Source: Candidatus Woesebacteria bacterium RBG_16_42_24 (lineage in GTDB: Bacteria > Patescibacteriota > Microgenomatia > UBA8517). From it: a stretch of 64,000 nt of DNA. Both the position numbers and the translations under genes were made by a program. Every line of letters begins with the position of its first letter. Position 1 is the first letter of the stretch. The stretch covers positions 82,537-146,536 of the forward strand of contig MGFX01000006.1 in NCBI GenBank assembly GCA_001792115.1, given 5' to 3'. The notes beneath the pieces were generated by a model that saw nothing but the letters and a program-made list of their open reading frames with translations, did not search any database and was not told the origin of the DNA. This document shows, in pieces, positions 47,588 through 56,668 of the stretch.

Positions 47588-48172
47588 ATGATAGCTGCAA
47601 CAGATTTAAAAAACGGCGCAACCTTCCTATCAAACGACGAACCATATCAGGTAATTAAATATTCACTAATAAAAATGGGGAGGGGAGGGGCGGTTGTTAA
47701 AGTTACCGCGAAAAACCTTATGAGCGGTTCCATTGAAGAAAGATCTTTTAGCTCAAATGTCACGGTTGACGAGGTTACAACGACTAAAAGACAGCTTCAA
47801 TATTTATATAAAGACGCGAAAAGTGCCGTATTCATGGACCCCAAGTCCTACGAACAGGTAGAAATCCCGCTAAGTATTTTGGGCGATCAAATTTTGTTTG
47901 TAAAAGAAGGAGGAAATGCGACAATTCTTTTTTGGTCCTTCGGCGGAGCTCAGGATAAAGAAGATAAAGCGTTATCTATTGAAATTCCTCCTAAAGTCAC
48001 TTTTGTTGTTAGAGAAACAGATCCGGGAGTGAAAGGAAATTCGGCTACCAATATTTATAAACCCGCTACTTTAGAGAATGGACTCAAACTCAAAGTTCCT
48101 CTTTTCATTGAGAAAGGGGATAGAATCACAGTGGATACAAGAACTGGAGAATACGTCGAAAGGGCGAAATAG
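47588..48172 (+). CDS. efp: Elongation factor P
   Basis: KMGRGGA loop, YLY, PGVKGNS and DTRTGEY motifs. Confidence 0.95.
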   Translation: MIAATDLKNGATFLSNDEPYQVIKYSLIKMGRGGAVVKVTAKNLMSGSIEERSFSSNVTVDEVTTTKRQLQYLYKDAKSAVFMDPKSYEQVEIPLSILGDQILFVKEGGNATILFWSFGGAQDKEDKALSIEIPPKVTFVVRETDPGVKGNSATNIYKPATLENGLKLKVPLFIEKGDRITVDTRTGEYVERAK

Positions 48173-49447
48173 ATGATAAAGAAGTCCAGAATTATTCTTT
48201 CAAACGGCCTACCCCTTGTTACGGTTGAGATACCTGAATCAAAGTCCTTGGTCACATCTTTCTGGACGAAGGCTGGGAGTAGGGCGGACCCGGAAGACAA
48301 GGCAGGATTAGCGCACTTTTTGGAACATTTGCTTATAAAGAAAACTAAAAGTTTTCCCTCCGATCAAAAACTAGCCGAAGTACTTGAGAAATTTGGCGCA
48401 TTCAAGAATGGCTCAACGGACAAGGATACACTTAGTATAACCATTACTTCGGCAGCGAAGGATCTTCCTCTAACGACCAATATCCTTTCGGAAATGGTTT
48501 TTAATCCTTTAATTGATAAAGAAGGATTCAGAGCAGAAAAGAAAATTATATTACAGGAGCAAGCACGCAAGCATTCCTTACCCGATGAATTAGTTTGGGA
48601 GGCTTGGTTTAAGATATTTTTTAGCCCTACACCACTAACAAGACCGGTTATTGGAACAACAAATTCAATGGTTGGTATAAAACAAGAAGACTCGATCGGT
48701 TTTTGGAGTCGATACTTCAATTCCAGAAATTCTATACTTTTGATATCAGGTGGCCTAGAGACAAAAGATGCTCAAAAAATGGCTCAAAAATATTTCGGGA
48801 AATTTAAACTAGGGAGATCTCAGGATTTTCCCACTTATGAATTTGGAGGACACAGAAGAATTATTGTAGAAGAGAAGAATCTTCCGAGGACCAATATGCT
48901 AATGAGCTTCAGAATACCTGGCGGTCCTATTTCAAAAGAAACATATCCGCTTCTTGTCTTAAAGAATATTCTTTCGGGTGGATGGTCATCGCGAATTTCT
49001 CAAAGGCTAAGGGTGAAGGAATCGCTGGTATATGGGTGGCACTCTTTTATAAAAAGTTTCCTTGACACCGGAGCATTTATATTTGTTTTAGCGAGCGCCA
49101 GTAAGGACTTTACGAAAATGGTGAACACCTTTTGCGAAGAAATAGTTAGCATAAGGGAGAACGGGATTAAAGAATCGGAGTTAGAACTCGCCAAAGGGTT
49201 CATGGAGGGAACAATTCTAAGCAGAGTGGAAACGAGTTGGGATTATGCAGATTGGTATGCTTATGACGAACTTCATTGGCCTAGCTATGTTGAGTCGGTT
49301 GAGGAGCGGGTTATGAATATTAAGAAGGTTTCAAAGGAAGACGTGGAACGGGTTGCGAAAAAATATCTAACGGGAAGCAACTGGCATTTGGCTGTAGTGG
49401 GAGACGTTAAAGAGAATGAAATTAAGGTAGATCTTATCTTTAGCTAG
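48173..49447 (+). CDS. M16 family zinc peptidase
   Basis: GLAHFLEHL (HxxEH) motif. Confidence 0.92.
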   Translation: MIKKSRIILSNGLPLVTVEIPESKSLVTSFWTKAGSRADPEDKAGLAHFLEHLLIKKTKSFPSDQKLAEVLEKFGAFKNGSTDKDTLSITITSAAKDLPLTTNILSEMVFNPLIDKEGFRAEKKIILQEQARKHSLPDELVWEAWFKIFFSPTPLTRPVIGTTNSMVGIKQEDSIGFWSRYFNSRNSILLISGGLETKDAQKMAQKYFGKFKLGRSQDFPTYEFGGHRRIIVEEKNLPRTNMLMSFRIPGGPISKETYPLLVLKNILSGGWSSRISQRLRVKESLVYGWHSFIKSFLDTGAFIFVLASASKDFTKMVNTFCEEIVSIRENGIKESELELAKGFMEGTILSRVETSWDYADWYAYDELHWPSYVESVEERVMNIKKVSKEDVERVAKKYLTGSNWHLAVVGDVKENEIKVDLIFS

Positions 49448-49901
49448 AAATCCACCAAAATCCGGTGGCGATAATTAATAATTGCGTTAGCATTCCTGGC
49501 CAAAAAGTTGCATTAACTTGAAGACTTCTTTCAAAAAGCACCCAGCGTTTTAGGGGTTCCCAGCGATTTTTAAGATAATAGTAAGGCCATTTGACTATAT
49601 CTGGTAGAACTGAGGCGAGGCAGCACGCAAGGATAGTTACAGCTCTTTCGGGTTGTGTAGCGAATCTTGATGTAATAAAAAGGCCAATAACTAGGGCTAA
49701 TCCTACATCGGCTACAGCTACAAACGTACTTTTCTTGGCAGGGTGGCCCAATTTTTGGGTTTCCGTGAATAAATGTGGATTCCAGTGGGGGACTTTATCA
49801 AGAACAAAGTGACTAGCCAGTGCCAGGGGTATGGCTAGCGCGGGACTAACTACTTTGGTAGCAATCGCTGCGCCCACAACTACATGTGGGGTTTCTAACA
49901 C
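49440..49901 (-). CDS. Membrane protein, possible metal-dependent hydrolase
   Basis: TPH, SHFVLDKVPHW and LPD motifs with TM segments. Confidence 0.7.
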   Translation of the reverse strand: MLETPHVVVGAAIATKVVSPALAIPLALASHFVLDKVPHWNPHLFTETQKLGHPAKKSTFVAVADVGLALVIGLFITSRFATQPERAVTILACCLASVLPDIVKWPYYYLKNRWEPLKRWVLFERSLQVNATFWPGMLTQLLIIATGFWWISS

Positions 49902-49965
49902 GGTAAGATTAATCTTAACTTTTAGAACAAACTATGTCAAATGATAGAAGTTGGTATAATCGGAG

Positions 49966-50571
49966 GTGGAAATGTTAACGGAAATAATTTTCAACCTTAT
50001 AGGTATATTCATCTTCCTTTTTCTTTTTTGGAAGAAGCTCAAGGAGGATTACTTCCCTTCGCTAATTTTTAGTTGTGCCTTTTATATGATAATTGGAATT
50101 CTTTTGGGATTCGTTGTTTCAAGTATTTTTGTTAGGGGGGCCTGGTTCTGGCTCTCTTTTTTGGGGCTTGCCCTTGGGTTTCTGATTGGTGTATTGCGTC
50201 TTCGACTCAGGGCTTATGAGACGATAGAAGCGGGGACAATCTCGCTTCTTCCTTGGGCGGCCCTTATTTTTCTCGCAGACGCCGCCACAACTTCTTCCGT
50301 AACGTCCTTTCTATTTGGGATTTTTTGTGCAGCTTTAATCGTATTTTATATTTTCTTGGATAGACATTATAAAAACTTTTCATGGTACGCCTCAGGCCGG
50401 GTAGGGTTTTCGGGACTAGCCACTTTGGGAACCTTTTTCCTCTTAAGAGCCTTCCTTGCCATCTTCACACCATCCGTGTTATCCTTCGTAAGTGCCGAGA
50501 CTTTGATATCAGGAATTATTGCAACAGTGTCATTTTTGGCCGTATATAGACTTGCAAGAGAGAAGGTATGA
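49966..50571 (+). CDS. Multi-TM hypothetical protein
   Basis: About 7 hydrophobic helices. Confidence 0.75.
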   Translation: MEMLTEIIFNLIGIFIFLFLFWKKLKEDYFPSLIFSCAFYMIIGILLGFVVSSIFVRGAWFWLSFLGLALGFLIGVLRLRLRAYETIEAGTISLLPWAALIFLADAATTSSVTSFLFGIFCAALIVFYIFLDRHYKNFSWYASGRVGFSGLATLGTFFLLRAFLAIFTPSVLSFVSAETLISGIIATVSFLAVYRLAREKV

Positions 50572-50975
50572 CAAATAAGAAATCTAAAAATAAAAAGACA
50601 ACAGATGGAGTTATGAGATTTCCCGCGAATGTGGTTTCTCCTGTAGCACATTTTCTTAGGGATAGACTTAGAATGTTGCGGGCCAGAAAAAAGGTGATAG
50701 AGAAGGAAGACCCGTTCAAAGATACAGCAAGATTAATTGATAATGCCTCGCCCGACGCAGATGCAGCAGAACAATTTGGCCACGCCAGGGTCTCTGCGGT
50801 GAGGTCGCAGATAACCCGGTCAATAATTCAAACCAGAAAGGCCCTCTCACGAGTTAAAATTGGAAAATACGGGATTTGTGAGGATTGCGGACGAATGATA
50901 GATACAGACCGCCTTGTGATTTACCCCGAAGCCACTCTTTGCGCAGAGGACGCGGCTAAAAGGGAAGGGAAATAG
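50568..50975 (+). CDS. TraR/DksA-family zinc-finger protein
   Basis: GKYGICEDCG...RL..YPEATLC motif after a coiled coil. Confidence 0.85.
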   Translation: MTNKKSKNKKTTDGVMRFPANVVSPVAHFLRDRLRMLRARKKVIEKEDPFKDTARLIDNASPDADAAEQFGHARVSAVRSQITRSIIQTRKALSRVKIGKYGICEDCGRMIDTDRLVIYPEATLCAEDAAKREGK

Positions 50976-50976
50976 G

Positions 50977-51147
50977 ATTTACTTGCCGGGCAACGCTTTT
51001 CTCAAAACCTCTCGTCGTATTAGTTTTATCCCAACAGTTGACTCACTCCTCGCTTAGAGTCTCGCCTCCCGTAATCTCTTAAAAGAAGAATTGGCCAGTC
51101 CAGGTTGGCTCGACATATTTTTCGAAAAGATTACCCGTCTTGTAAAT
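50977..51147. repeat. ~170-nt fold-back intergenic element
   Basis: Terminal inverted repeat atttac..cggg/cccg..gtaaat; homologous to 23406-23573. Confidence 0.75.
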
Positions 51148-51180
51148 AACTGAGGTTTTAAAATGTTAGAATAGGGCAAC

Positions 51181-51909
51181 GTGGAACCCAAAGTAATTTA
51201 CCAAGACGCGAGTGTCTTAGTTATTGAAAAGCCGGCGGGTTGGATAGTTAACGACGCAACAACTACAGGAGACCAACCTACAATACAGGAATGGTTGCGT
51301 CGCAATTTCCAATTTCCAATTTCCAATTTCCAAAAACTAAGGAGTGGGATTGTTCACCGGTTGGATAAGGAGACCAGTGGGGTTTTACTTGTAGCCAAGA
51401 CCCAAGAAGCTTTCGAAAACCTACAAGGGCAATTTAAAAGTAGGGAAGTAGAAAAAACCTACATCGCCTTGGTTCATGGAAAAGTTGAATCAAAAGAGGG
51501 GGAGATAGAAGTTCCGGTTGGACGATTGCCCTGGCGAAGGGATAGATTTGGAGTTTTGCCCGGAGGGCGCGAAGCGGAAACTGCCTATAAAGTTATTGCG
51601 TACTATTCACTAAACGCTACAAACTATACGCTACTTAAGCTTTATCCAAAAACGGGGAGGACTCATCAGATAAGGATTCATCTGAAATACATCGGCCACC
51701 CAATTGTCGCAGACGAGTTCTACGCGGGACGCAAAACCGCCCGCGAAGATAGAAAATGGTGTCCGCGTCTTTTTCTTCATGCTAGTGAAATTTCGTTTTT
51801 GCACCCGATAGAGGGTAAGAGAGTGACATTCTCTTGCAAAATCCCCGCAGGTTTAAAAAGTTCGCTCGACGTGCTTGAAAAGCTGCGTGAAAGCTCTAAG
51901 CTTAAATAA
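51181..51909 (+). CDS. RluA-family pseudouridine synthase
   Basis: VHRLDKETSG, TGRTHQIRIH and LFLHA motifs. Confidence 0.95.
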   Translation: MEPKVIYQDASVLVIEKPAGWIVNDATTTGDQPTIQEWLRRNFQFPISNFQKLRSGIVHRLDKETSGVLLVAKTQEAFENLQGQFKSREVEKTYIALVHGKVESKEGEIEVPVGRLPWRRDRFGVLPGGREAETAYKVIAYYSLNATNYTLLKLYPKTGRTHQIRIHLKYIGHPIVADEFYAGRKTAREDRKWCPRLFLHASEISFLHPIEGKRVTFSCKIPAGLKSSLDVLEKLRESSKLK

Positions 51910-53583
51910 GTGGACCTGACCCAGATTGCCCTACTTCTAGCGTGCGCAGGAACTTTAGGAGTTGTCGCTCGTATTCTTAAACAACCTCCTCTAATAGGCT
52001 ATCTTTTTGCGGGCCTTGGCTTGGCCGCTTTTGGAATCATTAAAGACCCCATTGCGCTGGCCGACTTTGGCAAAATAGGCGTTACCTTGCTTTTATTTTT
52101 GGTAGGTCTTGAGATGAACCTTAAAGAGCTTCCTTCATTAGGAAAAGTCGCTTTTAGCATAGGCCTCGGACAAATTGTATTTACGTCTCTTATTGGATTT
52201 TTGATTGCGCTAGCTTTGGGGTTTGCACCGGTTCCCTCTATTTACATAGCCGTTGCTCTGACATTCTCCTCGACAATAATAATTGTCAAGCTTCTTTCCG
52301 AGAAGGGGGACTTGGGGGCTCTTTATGGAAAAGTTACCCTGGGAGTTCTTTTAGTTCAGGACTTGGTTGCAATTCTTATTCTTATGTTTCTTTCGGGGGT
52401 AGGGGAGGGCGACATTTCCTTGATGAATTTCCTAGTAATTGGGGTAAAGGGCGCGGCCCTACTTGTTTCAACCTGGTTTCTTTCAAAAAAAATATTGCCC
52501 GAGATATTCGAGAGTGTTGTAGGTGAATCTACCGAGCTTCTTTTTATCTTAAGTATCGCCTGGGCCTTGGGGATTTCGGCACTTGTCGGCGGCCCCTTAG
52601 GCTTTAGTTTTGAGATCGGAGGGTTTTTAGCGGGACTCGCCCTTTCTAATCTGCCGGAGCACTTGGGAGTTGCAGCTAAAACCAGGCCCCTACGGGATTT
52701 TTTTCTTACAATCTTCTTTCTATTTCTGGGAACCCAACTTTTTGTCGGAAACATTGGACAGGTTGCAGGCGAGGTAGTTATTTTATCTTTCTTTGTATTG
52801 ATCGGAAATCCTTTAATTGTTCTTATTATTATGGGGCTTATGCGCTTCAAAAAAAGAAGCTCGTTTATGGCGGGAGTTGCACTGGCCCAGATTTCAGAAT
52901 TTTCGTTCATACTCATGTCGGTTGGGAAGTCGATGGGGCATATCGGAGAAGCGGAAGTAGCGCTTGTAGTTGTAGTTGGAGTCGTTACTATGACGGCCTC
53001 TTCCTACCTTATCCTTTATGCCGATAGGCTCTATCCGCTTTTTAAGAATATCCTTTCTGTGTTCGAAAGGGAAAAGACTAGGGAGGAGGCATTCGGTAGG
53101 GAGGTAGAGTACTCAAATCATATAGTTTTAGTTGGTTGTAACAGGGTGGGAATGACCCTACTTCCATTTTTAAAGCGAAAAAAGATTTTAACTTTGGTGG
53201 TCGACCATAATCCCAAAATATTTAATAACCTTACGGCGGACGGAGTACCGGTTATTTTAGGCGACATAGAAGACCCAGAGATTCTCTCGTTGGCAAAAAT
53301 GCAGACTGCTCAGATGGTCATTTCTTCAGTTCCATATTTAAACGATAACCTTTTACTGATTGAGCATATTAAATCCCTTTCTCGCAAACCTACTTTAATA
53401 GTTAAGGCCCAAAGTAGGAGAGATGCACTAAGACTCTATGAGAAAGGTGCGAACCTGGTCTTGATTCCCGAAGTCATAACCGGGGAGTTTTTACGCCACG
53501 TATTTCTCGCTCACGGAGTATCGGAAGAAAGGATAAAGAAGATGGGTAAAGGTCACTATAAACGCCTTATCTCTAGTGTCTAA
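51910..53583 (+). CDS. Cation:proton antiporter (CPA2/Kef-like) with RCK domain
   Basis: LLFLVGLE, SSTIIIVKLL, QD and AQISEFS motifs; GCNRVG RCK start. Confidence 0.92.
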   Translation: MDLTQIALLLACAGTLGVVARILKQPPLIGYLFAGLGLAAFGIIKDPIALADFGKIGVTLLLFLVGLEMNLKELPSLGKVAFSIGLGQIVFTSLIGFLIALALGFAPVPSIYIAVALTFSSTIIIVKLLSEKGDLGALYGKVTLGVLLVQDLVAILILMFLSGVGEGDISLMNFLVIGVKGAALLVSTWFLSKKILPEIFESVVGESTELLFILSIAWALGISALVGGPLGFSFEIGGFLAGLALSNLPEHLGVAAKTRPLRDFFLTIFFLFLGTQLFVGNIGQVAGEVVILSFFVLIGNPLIVLIIMGLMRFKKRSSFMAGVALAQISEFSFILMSVGKSMGHIGEAEVALVVVVGVVTMTASSYLILYADRLYPLFKNILSVFEREKTREEAFGREVEYSNHIVLVGCNRVGMTLLPFLKRKKILTLVVDHNPKIFNNLTADGVPVILGDIEDPEILSLAKMQTAQMVISSVPYLNDNLLLIEHIKSLSRKPTLIVKAQSRRDALRLYEKGANLVLIPEVITGEFLRHVFLAHGVSEERIKKMGKGHYKRLISSV

Positions 53584-53585
53584 CC

Positions 53586-54512
53586 ATGCACTCTGCCCGC
53601 AAAACACGTCTAAAGGATTTGAAAGTTAGGAGACAACGAAAGTTCGGCTTTGGGAAACTTATTATTTTTGGACTTTTTGCGTCAGTTGCAATTTGGCTAT
53701 TTACTTCCTCGAATCATTTCGCCGGAGAGAATAAACTGACCATAACATCGCCCATCGGAGAGGGAGACGTCTTGGTGGTCACATTTGATAGAAAAGTTGG
53801 GGAAGTTACCAGTATCAAAATTCCTGGAGATACGGAAGTTAGCGTTGCTGGACAACTTGGAAATTGGAGGATAAAAAGTGTTTGGCAGCTTGGGATTAAT
53901 GAAGGAGTAGGTGGAAGGCTTCTGGCAGAAACAGTTACCAAAAATTTCAAGTTTCCAGTTAACGCCTGGACAGATAGCCAGGGTTTGGGACTTATGGAGG
54001 AGAGTTTAGCCGCAAGACTGAAGGCCGTTTTCTATCCCTATGACACCAATTTGGGATTAGGCGATAAAATTTCTCTGGCATTATTTTCTTTAGGGGTAAG
54101 AAATTTTGATAGGGTAGAGGTGGATCTTTCGGATTCTTCATATCTTAAGAAGACCAGACTCAAGGATGGCAACGAGGGTTACATGATAACTAGTAGCATG
54201 CCGCAAAATTTAATAGTCGTATTTGCAGATAGCGAAATGGCGGTTTTTGGCGTGAGAATCATTTTAAAAAACTTTAGCGGCGACAAAACTCTCTCAAATG
54301 ACGTGGCCGGAGTTTTAGAGGTACTCGGCGGCAAAGTAGCGGCGAGTGTTGATGAACAGGCAGAAGACAAAGATTGCGAAGTTTTGGCAAAAAAAGAGAT
54401 TTTCGCACAAAAAATATCTAGACTATTTGACTGCCAAATTATAAACGAGGATCCAGAAGGAAATTTCGATTTAGAGGTTAGAGTTGGTAGGCAGTTTGCA
54501 AAACGATTCTAA
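53586..54512 (+). CDS. Membrane-anchored protein, LCP/LytR-like (divergent)
   Basis: N-terminal TM, SIKIPGDT and a LytR_C-like ending (ILKNFSG, VRVG). Confidence 0.55.
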   Translation: MHSARKTRLKDLKVRRQRKFGFGKLIIFGLFASVAIWLFTSSNHFAGENKLTITSPIGEGDVLVVTFDRKVGEVTSIKIPGDTEVSVAGQLGNWRIKSVWQLGINEGVGGRLLAETVTKNFKFPVNAWTDSQGLGLMEESLAARLKAVFYPYDTNLGLGDKISLALFSLGVRNFDRVEVDLSDSSYLKKTRLKDGNEGYMITSSMPQNLIVVFADSEMAVFGVRIILKNFSGDKTLSNDVAGVLEVLGGKVAASVDEQAEDKDCEVLAKKEIFAQKISRLFDCQIINEDPEGNFDLEVRVGRQFAKRF

Positions 54513-55207
54513 AAAGTTTCCTCGACTTCTTCGGGCGGGGAGGGAAGCTCCTCTCTTTTGTGTACGAGTTCCGGAGGTGTGAAAGAAACGTATTCTATTT
54601 TCTCTGCAGGGAAAGAATTGAGGTCCTCAAACTCTTTAGGGCGGCCCACCTCTTTAATAAAAATGCTGACGTCGTGCTCCTCGATCGACTTGACTACGAT
54701 TTTATATTGATAACCGTAGTTAATAAGTTTGCGAAGCCTAGCCGAGAGGTCGTCCGGTAGTCTGCCTATATATTTTCCCTCCCCGGTTAGCACGGAGATT
54801 CTGTGAGAGCGGGGATTAATAGATACTTCGTCTCCGGCGTCTAGTTTAGCCAGAACCTTTTCGTCAGCAATGTTTAGCAAGGACACTATTTTGGTCCTGC
54901 CTGCCTCTTCCAAAAAAAGCTGGGCGGGAAGGATAGACCCTTTTTGGGTCTCGCCCTTTTTGAATCCCTTCCACTTCCTCAATGATTTTTCGGCTATTGT
55001 ATTGAAAGGGTCGATTTTAAGGACTTTCTCGGCGGTACTTCTAGCTTTTGTTATTTCACCCAGCTCGGCATATGCTCGGGCCAGACGATTTAAGGCATCA
55101 ATATCCTTAGGAGTTTCTCTAAGTATCTTTTTATTTATCTCGCGGGCTTCTTTCCAGAAGCCGGAGAGTGCCGAAGAAATGGCTTTTTGGGCAAGGTCAA
55201 TGTCCAT
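54509..55207 (-). CDS. TPR-containing protein
   Basis: DALNRLARAYAELG and VLKIDPFN TPR pattern. Confidence 0.8.
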   Translation of the reverse strand: MDIDLAQKAISSALSGFWKEAREINKKILRETPKDIDALNRLARAYAELGEITKARSTAEKVLKIDPFNTIAEKSLRKWKGFKKGETQKGSILPAQLFLEEAGRTKIVSLLNIADEKVLAKLDAGDEVSINPRSHRISVLTGEGKYIGRLPDDLSARLRKLINYGYQYKIVVKSIEEHDVSIFIKEVGRPKEFEDLNSFPAEKIEYVSFTPPELVHKREELPSPPEEVEETF

Positions 55208-55421
55208 GTAGTTAATTCAAAACTCAAATGTCAAAAGGCAAAAATCTTAAGTTTTGAGTCCTAAGCTTTGACCTTTGACTTTCTTATACGAGTATAGATG
55301 TGTAAAAGGGGCTGTCAAGCCCCACAGATTAAACTCAAGTATGTAACCCATAGTTTGTATTACGTTGAATCTTCTGCTATAATTTCATTATCCGAGCTAA
55401 TCTTAGTGAAGGGAGTAGGGA

Positions 55422-55625
55422 ATGCTCTGGGATTTTTTAGCACTTTTACTCGCAGGGGCTGTCTTCGCAGCGATCTCAGCGATCATCAGTGCTTTTACGC
55501 CGGCAGTCTCTGATCTAAAGCCGATCACTGCTATTTTGCCGGCGATTGGCCTGGCATCCATGGTAATCCTACCCTGGATCGCCCTTGTGCGAAGGCAAAG
55601 AAAAGACAATAGGGAGGAGTCATGA
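55422..55625 (+). CDS. Small 2-TM protein
   Basis: 67 aa, purine-rich SD, two hydrophobic helices, basic tail. Confidence 0.55.
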   Translation: MLWDFLALLLAGAVFAAISAIISAFTPAVSDLKPITAILPAIGLASMVILPWIALVRRQRKDNREES

Positions 55626-55789
55626 GCAAGAGTGGCCGGATCGAAGGCATCGAGAACGAAACAACCCCGACGCCGGGAGTGATACCTGCTATCTCGACCG
55701 GAGAAGCGGTGTTCTTAACTCTTTGCCTGGTTGTACCGGTTCTTGTGGTCGCAGTCAAGTATCTCACGCTCGTTTTTGCCGGGCCCTGA
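55622..55789 (+). CDS. Small single-TM protein (below the ORF-track cutoff)
   Basis: MSKSGRIEGIENETTPTPGVIPAISTGEAVFLTLCLVVPVLVVAVKYLTLVFAGP; SD agggagg; ATGA overlap with the upstream ORF. Confidence 0.5.
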   Translation: MSKSGRIEGIENETTPTPGVIPAISTGEAVFLTLCLVVPVLVVAVKYLTLVFAGP

Positions 55790-55824
55790 GGTCGCACGAA
55801 GGCGATCAAATGTGAGTGAAGGAG

Positions 55825-55891
55825 GAGCGCCCGGAGGCGTTTGGTTGGCATTAAGCCACACCAAATTGCCGTTGATGGGCGCTCGTTTCAT
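55825..55891 (+). terminator. Long hairpin, possible terminator
   Basis: gagcgccc...gggcgctc outer stem with an inner tttggt/accaaa stem, followed by gtttcattt. Confidence 0.45.
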
Positions 55892-55928
55892 TTATAGGGG
55901 CATTTTTTCGGTGTATAATTGCCTTGGT

Positions 55929-56666
55929 ATGAGCGGCCATTCACACTACGCAACAATTAAACGTCAAAAAGAAACAAAAGACGCGGCCCGCGGCAATATG
56001 TTCTCAAAGCTTGCCAAAGCGATTTCTATTGCAGCCAAAAGCGGGGGAGGGATAGATCCCAATTCTAACTTCAAATTGAGGGTTGCGATCGATAAAGCTA
56101 GAAGCTTCAATATGCCCAAGGAAAACATTGAAAGGGCTCTTCGGCAAGCTCAGGGTAAACTAGAAGTAGAGGAGGTTACCTATGAAGGTTTTGGGCCTGG
56201 TGGAGTGGCTGTCATGGTAGAGGTAGCTACGGACAACCGGAATCGAACGGGACAGGAAATTAAAAACATTTTCGAAAGGGTAGGGGGGCATTTGGCAGGC
56301 CCGGGAGCCGTGTCTTTTAATTTTGAGTCAAGAGGTCAATTCGTCGTCAGAAAAGAAACAGACTCCGAAGCTCAAATGCTAAAGCTGATAGATTTAGGGG
56401 TGGAGGACATGGAAGAAACGGAGGATGGTATTGAAGTTCATGTTGCTCCAGAGAAATTAAGTGAAGTTAGGAGAGCCCTGGAGGAGTCAGGATTTATAGT
56501 TACCGCTACAGAACTTGTCCAAAAACCCAAAAACTATGTTTCTGTCACAGAGCCGAAAGAGGCAAGTAAAGCGATTTCTTTTTTGGACGCTCTTACAGAA
56601 CACGAAGACATTCAGAAAGTTTTCGCTAACTTGGATGTACCGACGGAGATTCTATCCAAGCTTTGA
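55929..56666 (+). CDS. yebC: YebC/PmpR family protein
   Basis: MSGHS, YEGFGPGG and TDNRNRT motifs; TATAAT just upstream. Confidence 0.96.
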   Translation: MSGHSHYATIKRQKETKDAARGNMFSKLAKAISIAAKSGGGIDPNSNFKLRVAIDKARSFNMPKENIERALRQAQGKLEVEEVTYEGFGPGGVAVMVEVATDNRNRTGQEIKNIFERVGGHLAGPGAVSFNFESRGQFVVRKETDSEAQMLKLIDLGVEDMEETEDGIEVHVAPEKLSEVRRALEESGFIVTATELVQKPKNYVSVTEPKEASKAISFLDALTEHEDIQKVFANLDVPTEILSKL

Positions 56667-56668
56667 AT

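Noticed and set aside
55731-55928. N-terminal extension of YebC in the ORF track
   Set aside because: The canonical MSGHS start at 55929 has its own -10 box, and the extension runs through a hairpin
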